DNA of 64,000 nucleotides from an uncultured Alphaproteobacteria bacterium (GTDB lineage Bacteria; Pseudomonadota; Alphaproteobacteria; CAAHEQ01; UBA3637): NCBI GenBank assembly GCA_944391585.1, contig CALXUD010000001.1, positions 6,385 to 70,384 of the forward strand, read 5' to 3'. Shown piece by piece: positions 58,181 to 64,000 of this stretch (position 1 is its first letter; each line of letters starts with the position of its first letter). The notes under the pieces were generated by a model. It saw only the letters and a program-made list of their open reading frames with translations, ran no database searches and was not told where the DNA came from. The position numbers and the translations under genes were made by a program.

Positions 58181-58549
58181 TTACGCTTTTTTACCGTCTT
58201 CTTCTTCAATACGAGCGGATTTACCAAATAAATTACGCAAGTAATAAAGTTTTGAACGGACTACTTTACCTTTCCGTAATACTTTAATTTCTGCAACATT
58301 CGGAGAATAAAGAGGAAATACACGTTCTACTCCTTCTCCAAAAGAAATTTTACGAACGGTAAAGGTGGAATTTAGTCCATCATTTTTCCGAGCAATGCAA
58401 ACGCCTTCGTAAGCTTGTAAACGTTCACGTCCTTCTGCTTCAATGATTTTACACATAACGCGTAACGTATCACCAGCTTTGAAATCTGGAACTGTTTTAT
58501 TCAACTTATCAAGTTGCTCTTTTTCCAATTGTTTGATCAAATTAGTCAT
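58181..58549 (-). CDS. rplS: 50S ribosomal protein L19
   Basis: Conserved L19 sequence. rpsP-rimM-trmD-rplS operon order. Confidence 0.93.
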   Translation of the reverse strand: MTNLIKQLEKEQLDKLNKTVPDFKAGDTLRVMCKIIEAEGRERLQAYEGVCIARKNDGLNSTFTVRKISFGEGVERVFPLYSPNVAEIKVLRKGKVVRSKLYYLRNLFGKSARIEEEDGKKA

Positions 58550-58552
58550 AAT

Positions 58553-59248
58553 TTATCCTTTCTTAGGTTGATTGGCCAGATAGGTTGCCCATAAATCTGG
58601 TCGGTTGGTTTTTGTGATTTCTTCAGATTGTTGTCGACGCCATTTTTGAATGTTGGCATGATGACCGGATAATAAAATTTCCGGAACAGGACGATCCTGC
58701 CAAACTTGCGGTTTGGTATAGTGTGGATATTCCAATAAACCGTTTGAAAAACTTTCTTCAGACAAAGAATCCTGATTCCCCATTACAGTTGGAATCAATC
58801 GAATAGTAGCATCTAAAAGCGTTAACAGTGCCGGTTCCCCGCCCGATAGGACAAAGTCTCCAATACTGATTTCTTGAATTTGCCATTTGTCTAAAACGCG
58901 TTGATCAATGCCTTCAAAGCGACCGCAGATAAAGGTCAGTTCATCTGTTTTCGCGAATTGAGCAGCTATTTGTTGATTAAAGGTTTTGCCGCGTGGAGAA
59001 AGATAGTAAATCGCTCCCGTTGGATTCAAAGCTTGTAAAGCGCGATCCACAACATCCGCTTTCATCACCATGCCGGCACCACCGCCAAATGGCGTGTCAT
59101 CCACAGATTTATAAGCGTCAGTGGCATAATCGCGTATATTAATACAGTTATAAGACCATTTCCCTTCTGCCAACGCCTTCCCAGCCAAAGATTGACCCAA
59201 AAAGCCTGGGAACATGTCAGGATACAATGTTAAGATATTAATCTTCAT
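58553..59248 (-). CDS. trmD: tRNA (guanine37-N1)-methyltransferase
   Basis: 'ILTLYPDMF', 'GGGAGMVMK' SPOUT knot motifs. 231 aa. Confidence 0.92.
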   Translation of the reverse strand: MKINILTLYPDMFPGFLGQSLAGKALAEGKWSYNCINIRDYATDAYKSVDDTPFGGGAGMVMKADVVDRALQALNPTGAIYYLSPRGKTFNQQIAAQFAKTDELTFICGRFEGIDQRVLDKWQIQEISIGDFVLSGGEPALLTLLDATIRLIPTVMGNQDSLSEESFSNGLLEYPHYTKPQVWQDRPVPEILLSGHHANIQKWRRQQSEEITKTNRPDLWATYLANQPKKG

Positions 59249-59753
59249 TTGTGTCTCCTTTCAATCCATGTGGCAACACAACCTCCAAAATTCCTTTTTG
59301 CAAATCCACCGTTGGAAAATTTTGTTGAATGAAAACGAGAGAGAGAATTTCTCCATCCAATTTCTGAATATCCAAAATATCGCCCGCTCCATAATTGTTA
59401 ATAGCAGAGACAACGCCAAAAGGTTGCCCGTCTTTTAATACGGTGAGGCCGATGAGATCGCAATAATAAAATTCATTTTCGGATTCGCTGGGCAAAGCAG
59501 AACGCGGAACGAACAGTTCGCATCCTTTTAATGCTTCAGCCGTTGTGCGGTCGTTAATCCCTTTGATTTGACAGAGTAAAAGATCGTTCTTTTTCCCTTT
59601 AACCATTATTTCAAACGTTTGTGTCCCGTTTTTATTTGTAATCGGTTTTAATGTGTTGAGTATAGACGGATCTAACAGGCGCGGTTTAATTTTAACCGTT
59701 CCTTTAATCCCGTGCACACCAACAATTTGACCAATGCAAATTTGAGACAACAT
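59238..59753 (-). CDS. rimM: Ribosome maturation factor RimM
   Basis: 'IGQIVGVHGIKGTVKI', PRC-barrel C-terminus. Operon position. Confidence 0.85.
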   Translation of the reverse strand: MLSQICIGQIVGVHGIKGTVKIKPRLLDPSILNTLKPITNKNGTQTFEIMVKGKKNDLLLCQIKGINDRTTAEALKGCELFVPRSALPSESENEFYYCDLIGLTVLKDGQPFGVVSAINNYGAGDILDIQKLDGEILSLVFIQQNFPTVDLQKGILEVVLPHGLKGDTNED

Positions 59754-59764
59754 CTGTTTAATCC

Positions 59765-60253
59765 TTATTCAGCCGGTTTTTCTTCAGCCGGAGCAGCTTC
59801 TTCAGCTGGTTGTTCAGCTGGTGCTTCTTGAGCTTGTTCTGCAGCAGCTTTTGCAGCTTCTTCCGCAGCCTTTGCTTCCGCTTCAGCTGCCGCTTTAGCT
59901 TCTTCAGCGGCTTTTAACCGTTCTGCTTCTTCTTTAGCACGTAATTGTGCTTTTTCTTTTGGCAAGTGTTTCTTTGTTTGGTTTGTTTTTGCCGCCGGTT
60001 TTTCACATAACCCAACAGTTGCGAACAACTTTTGAACACGTTCCGTTACTTCGGCACCGTTTGCCATCCATTTTTTTGCTAATTCAACATTGATGCGCAA
60101 AGCATCCGGATGATCTTTCGGTAATAACGGATTATAAAAACCGATGGATTCAATAAAACGACCGTCCCGTGGGCAACGCTTATCGGCAACCACGATTTGA
60201 TGGAATGGGCGTTTTTTGGCACCACCTCTGGCTAAACGAATTCTAACTGACAT
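59765..60253 (-). CDS. rpsP: 30S ribosomal protein S16 with ~75-aa Ala/Glu/Lys-rich C-terminal extension
   Basis: N-terminal '[35 protein letters not shown]' is S16, followed by low-complexity '[28 protein letters not shown]...'. Confidence 0.88.
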   Translation of the reverse strand: MSVRIRLARGGAKKRPFHQIVVADKRCPRDGRFIESIGFYNPLLPKDHPDALRINVELAKKWMANGAEVTERVQKLFATVGLCEKPAAKTNQTKKHLPKEKAQLRAKEEAERLKAAEEAKAAAEAEAKAAEEAAKAAAEQAQEAPAEQPAEEAAPAEEKPAE

Positions 60254-60279
60254 ATTTTCTTCCTTTCTTCTCTAGTTAG

Positions 60280-61677
60280 TTATTTAAACGGCGGAAAGTT
60301 GCCGCCTTGCTTCATCAATGAGTCTAAATTGGAATCGCCCGTCATGGCGCCCATTTTTTTCATCATGGACATCATGCCCAGCGGACCCATCTTTTTGAAT
60401 TTCTTCATGACCGTTGCCATTTGTTCGTATTGTTTTAACAAACGATTGACATCGGATACTTCTACACCGGCACCATTGGCAATGCGTATTTTACGCGCCG
60501 CTTTTAACAGGTCGGGATTCTTGCGTTCTTTTGGCGTCATGGACAGAATAATTGCTTCCTGACGCCGAAAAAGAGAATTATCAATATTAGCTTCTTCAAT
60601 TTTGCTTTGAAATTTGGAAAGCCCCGGAATCATTTTCATCACGCCTTTGATGTCGCCCAAGTTATTCATTTGACGCAATTGAGAGAGTAAATCATTTAAA
60701 TCAAACTGACCCGACATCATACGTTGTGCGGTTTTTTGTGCCTCTTCCTGATTAACTTTTTCCAACGCTGTTTCAACCAAACCGACTACATCGCCCATAC
60801 CTAAAATTCTGTCGGCAATGCGTTTGGCGTCAAATAATTCCAAAGCATCCGTTTTTTCACCAACACCCAAAAACCGAATCGGTTGCCCTGTGATAGCGCG
60901 CATGGATAAAGCAGCGCCGCCACGAGAGTCCCCGTCAATCCGAGTTAAAATCGTGCCCGTGATAGATAACTGTTCATTAAATGTTTTGGCGACATTGACC
61001 GCATCTTGACCGGAAAGGGCATCTACTACCAACAAAGTTTCGCTAGGTTGGGAAACTTTTTGAATGGCCACAAGTTCGTGCATCATATCCGCATCAATGT
61101 GCAAACGACCTGCGGTGTCTAAAATCAGGAAATCATAACCGCCCTTTTTGGCTGCGTCCAAAGCGCGTTTGGTAATATCCAAAGGGTGTTGACCCGCAAT
61201 AATCGGCAGAGTATCAATTTGTGTGATTTGTCCTAATTGGGCTAATTGTTCCTGTGCAGCCGGCCGATAGACGTCTAAAGAAGCCATTAAAACAGATTTT
61301 TTCTGTTTCTTTAACCAAACACCCAATTTCGCAGAAGATGTTGTTTTCCCTGAACCTTGCAATCCTACCATCAATAAAACAGTTGGAGGAGTAGTTTGTT
61401 TTAAATCAACACCAGTGCCCAGTAAGGCCGTCAATTCATCATGAACAATTTTGACAACCATTTGATCCGGTTTTACGGATTTTACAACTTGTTCTCCAAC
61501 AGCCTTCTCTTTTACATGTGCAATAAAATCTTTGACAACAGGTAGGGCAACATCCGCTTCTAATAAGGCAATCTTAATTTCCCTCATGGATTCATTGACC
61601 ATTTCTTCTGTCAATAAGCCTCGTGAAGAAAGTTTTTCAAAAACACTTGAAAGCCGATCTGATAACCCTTTAAACAT
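60280..61677 (-). CDS. ffh: Signal recognition particle protein Ffh
   Basis: N domain, G domain 'GLQGSGKTT', Met-rich M domain ('MMSMMKKMGAM'). 465 aa. Confidence 0.95.
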   Translation of the reverse strand: MFKGLSDRLSSVFEKLSSRGLLTEEMVNESMREIKIALLEADVALPVVKDFIAHVKEKAVGEQVVKSVKPDQMVVKIVHDELTALLGTGVDLKQTTPPTVLLMVGLQGSGKTTSSAKLGVWLKKQKKSVLMASLDVYRPAAQEQLAQLGQITQIDTLPIIAGQHPLDITKRALDAAKKGGYDFLILDTAGRLHIDADMMHELVAIQKVSQPSETLLVVDALSGQDAVNVAKTFNEQLSITGTILTRIDGDSRGGAALSMRAITGQPIRFLGVGEKTDALELFDAKRIADRILGMGDVVGLVETALEKVNQEEAQKTAQRMMSGQFDLNDLLSQLRQMNNLGDIKGVMKMIPGLSKFQSKIEEANIDNSLFRRQEAIILSMTPKERKNPDLLKAARKIRIANGAGVEVSDVNRLLKQYEQMATVMKKFKKMGPLGMMSMMKKMGAMTGDSNLDSLMKQGGNFPPFK

Positions 61678-61804
61678 GTTTTTCCTTTACTGTTAAAGAT
61701 ACAAAAAGCGCCCCAGTGCGCGTAACCTTCGCGGAATGGGGTATCTCCGTAGAGACTAAAACTCTTAGTCGTATCTGGAAATTTACGCCTCTTATATCAG
61801 AAAA

Positions 61805-61845
61805 TAAAATAAAAGTCAAGCGCAAAAGTCTTGACTTTTATTTTT
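61805..61845 (-). terminator. Rho-independent terminator downstream of the 202-aa gene
   Basis: aagtcaag-cgcaaaagt-cttgactt hairpin with flanking T/A runs. Confidence 0.5.
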
Positions 61846-61861
61846 AAGCGCGAATAACTTT

Positions 61862-62470
61862 TTATCGCTCCTCATTGGCTCGAGGTAATTTATATTGCTC
61901 TAATTGTTTAGCTTGTTGAATTTGAATCCCTTTAACAGATAAATCACGAGCAATTTCATATAATTTTGGATTGGCTTCTTTTAAAACATCAACCATAATC
62001 ATGCGTGTGTTGAAATATTCAATATGCCAAGATGGGGCTTTTTTAGGGTTCGGATTATTACAAGAAGTTTCAAAATTACAAATTTTTTCTGCTAATAAAA
62101 TTTCTTGTGATTCCTTAGATAATCCCTTTGCCCATTTTGCCTTTTCTTTCCATTGTTCTGTTTTTGTTTGATTTTTGTCTTCTTCTGGTTCAGAAGAAAC
62201 TTCTGAAACAATTTTTGCAACTTTAGAACCAAATTTCTGAGCAATCTCTATTAAAGAAATGGGAGTTTTCCCTTCCGCAATGCGTTTTGTTTCTTGTGAT
62301 TTATGCAGATAAGCCGCAATAAGAACGCTTTCTTTATCTTCGGATTGTGTATTTTCTTGAATTAATTCAGCAGTTCTTTTGACTTGATCAAGCATATTTA
62401 AACCGCCACCATAAATAACATCTTTATGTAAGTCAGTAGCTATTGATCGTGCATTTTCTATTGAATTCAT
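61862..62470 (-). CDS. Hypothetical protein (202 aa), Lys/Glu-rich, possible HD-like
   Basis: Long ORF with coding-like composition. No confident family assignment. Confidence 0.45.
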   Translation of the reverse strand: MNSIENARSIATDLHKDVIYGGGLNMLDQVKRTAELIQENTQSEDKESVLIAAYLHKSQETKRIAEGKTPISLIEIAQKFGSKVAKIVSEVSSEPEEDKNQTKTEQWKEKAKWAKGLSKESQEILLAEKICNFETSCNNPNPKKAPSWHIEYFNTRMIMVDVLKEANPKLYEIARDLSVKGIQIQQAKQLEQYKLPRANEER

Positions 62471-62528
62471 TTTGTGCTCCTTATTTTAGTGTCTCAATAG
62501 TTTAATTATATCACCAAATTGAATATAG

Positions 62529-63248
62529 TCAAATTTTAAAGCAATGAGCTACTTGTTGGAGACGTGTTAAAAATTTTTTTGAATGAGGAATTGATTTACG
62601 TGTTTTTGGTAATGGATGTAAAATTAATGATCTAATATTTTTTCGGTTTCGAATGGTTTGAGGAATAAAATGTTTTTGAAAAGCATAGCCTGATGCGATT
62701 AAAGCTTCCTTTGTGCGTGTATCATAGCCAATTTGAGAAAGAAGAGTGCAGATGTCTGTTTCTTTTGTCATATCTGATTTAGGCCAGAGTCCGATTCCGT
62801 GTTGTGCTAGTGTTTCCCAAGGAAAGCAAAATCCTGGGTCGGGCTTGCGGGTAGGTGCCATATCAGAGTGACCAATGATATTGTGTGCGGGAATGTTATA
62901 TTTTTGAATCAATTGTTGGCATAATTTTATTAGAGTTTTAATTTGTGCAATCGGATAGGGGGTTTGGCCTAATGTCGGATTGGTTAATTCAATGCCGATA
63001 CTGTGGCTGTTAATATCCTCTTTAATCTCGCGCCAAGAACCGACACCGGCATGCCAAGCACGTTTATCTTCCGGAACGCATTGGTAAAGAGAACCGTCTG
63101 TGTCTATAATGTAATGACAACTGAGATGTGTTTGCTCTAATGTTTTAATAAAATCATTCGGAGCAAAAATGTTGCAATGAAACACCAGCATATCAATACT
63201 TGTTTTTCGTTCATCAAAAAAAGGTAAAGGTTTTTGAATGGGATTCAT
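62529..63248 (-). CDS. ampD: N-acetylmuramoyl-L-alanine amidase AmpD-like (amidase_2/PGRP fold)
   Basis: 'HYIIDTDGSLYQCVPEDKRAWHAGVGSW...SIGIELTN' and 'NIIGHSDMAPTRKPDPG', the Zn-ligand pattern of AmpD. Confidence 0.8.
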   Translation of the reverse strand: MNPIQKPLPFFDERKTSIDMLVFHCNIFAPNDFIKTLEQTHLSCHYIIDTDGSLYQCVPEDKRAWHAGVGSWREIKEDINSHSIGIELTNPTLGQTPYPIAQIKTLIKLCQQLIQKYNIPAHNIIGHSDMAPTRKPDPGFCFPWETLAQHGIGLWPKSDMTKETDICTLLSQIGYDTRTKEALIASGYAFQKHFIPQTIRNRKNIRSLILHPLPKTRKSIPHSKKFLTRLQQVAHCFKI

Positions 63249-63436
63249 TACTCACGTTCTTTCTGTGAAACACCGCCACGCTCATTGAAAATCGCACTCC
63301 ATACCATCGCACTTTTTAACCAAGTTTCAGATTGGATTTGAACAGGTTGGAAAAAAGAAAAATCGTTTGCTTCTTCATCGGATGTTTGTGGAGACGGTTG
63401 TTGATTTTTTTCTTCTTGTTCAGTTGTATCGGACAT
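63248..63436 (-). CDS. Small acidic hypothetical protein (62 aa), 1-nt overlap with ampD start
   Basis: ORF only, no family. Could be a 5' leader artefact. Confidence 0.3.
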   Translation of the reverse strand: MSDTTEQEEKNQQPSPQTSDEEANDFSFFQPVQIQSETWLKSAMVWSAIFNERGGVSQKERE

Positions 63437-63535
63437 TTTTTCCCTTTCATATCATGTAAACAAAAATAAAATATCATATGAATTAAAAAATATCAAAAAA
63501 AATGATTGCGATTTTATTTTAAAATAGATATACTA

Positions 63536-63561
63536 GAACAAAACAAGAACAAAATAAGAAC
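63536..63561 (+). promoter_or_regulatory. Tandem alphaproteobacterial LexA (SOS) boxes GAAC-N7-GAAC-N7-GAAC upstream of recA
   Basis: gaacAAAACAAgaacAAAATAAgaac lies 16 nt upstream of the recA ATG. The alphaproteobacterial SOS box is the direct repeat GTTC-N7-GTTC/GAAC-N7-GAAC. Confidence 0.55.
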
Positions 63562-63576
63562 ATGAAAGGAAAAAAC

Positions 63577-64000
63577 ATGGAAAAAGATAAGGCTCTAGAT
63601 GCTGCACTAGCTCAGATTGAACGCTCATTCGGTAAAGGTTCCATCATGCGGTTGGGACAAAAAGATAATGCTGTGGAAATTCCGGCAATTTCAACGGGCT
63701 CTTTGGGCTTAGATTTGGCATTGGGAATCGGTGGATTGCCAAAGGGGCGTATTATAGAAATTTATGGTCCGGAAAGCTCCGGGAAAACAACTTTAGCATT
63801 GCATGTGGTTGCCGAGGCTCAGAAACAAGGGGGAGCTTGTGCATATGTCGATGCCGAACATGCAATGGATCCTTCTTATGCTAAAAAATTAGGCGTGGAT
63901 ATTGATAGCTTACTGATTTCTCAACCGGATACGGGGGAACAAGCGTTAGAGATTACAGATACTCTTGTGCGCTCTGGGGCAATTGATGTATTGGTTGTGG
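63577..64000 (+). CDS. recA: Recombinase RecA (N-terminal 141 aa; truncated by window end)
   Basis: '[22 protein letters not shown]', Walker A '[12 protein letters not shown]'. AAAGGA RBS. Confidence 0.93.
   Translation, partial: MEKDKALDAALAQIERSFGKGSIMRLGQKDNAVEIPAISTGSLGLDLALGIGGLPKGRIIEIYGPESSGKTTLALHVVAEAQKQGGACAYVDAEHAMDPSYAKKLGVDIDSLLISQPDTGEQALEITDTLVRSGAIDVLVV

Noticed and set aside
61678-61804. Structured-looking ffh 5' leader ('gcgccccagtgcgcg...cgcggaatggggt', 'gactaaaactcttagtc')
   Set aside because: The hairpins are short and imperfect, and no known riboswitch or leader consensus was recognised. Could be checked with Rfam, but not strong enough to call.
1-64000. CRISPR arrays, rRNA or tRNA genes, IS elements or transposases
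   Set aside because: All intergenic regions over 60 nt were scanned. No spacer-repeat periodicity outside coding tandem repeats, no rRNA-like or tRNA-like segments, and no transposase or integrase ORFs were seen.

Overview
This is an AT-rich alphaproteobacterial chromosomal window. Gene content and order look like a Rickettsiales/Holosporales-type lineage; that placement is inference from sequence. Most of the window is conserved housekeeping genes (listed under features). The main point of interest is a roughly 18.9 kb, 14-gene locus at 38586-57458 (+ strand), almost entirely translationally coupled. It encodes six unrelated signal-peptide proteins with no recognisable family, then a type IV secretion core in rvh-like order: VirB8-like, a small VirB7-like lipoprotein (a sub-60-aa ORF absent from the ORF track), a second VirB8-like protein, a VirB9 homologue carrying a Gly-rich insert and a C-terminal SPOR (peptidoglycan-binding) domain, a giant ~2190-aa VirB10 homologue whose ~1600-aa centre is filled with roughly 80 degenerate ~19-20-aa 'DGSVVDxxGxxIGxV' repeats (architecture convergent with Helicobacter CagY and Legionella DotG), VirB11, and a 1-nt-overlapping Asp/Glu-racemase gene. 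A prepilin-like gene follows the racemase. VirB2/3/4/6/D4 are not in this window. Other notable items: an SRP RNA (ffs) upstream of dnaX; an LptF/G permease frame that runs without a stop into lptD; a 1382-aa multi-domain glycosyltransferase; a CtrA box upstream of ctrA; tandem alphaproteobacterial LexA boxes upstream of recA. No tRNA, rRNA, CRISPR array, transposase or integrase was seen.
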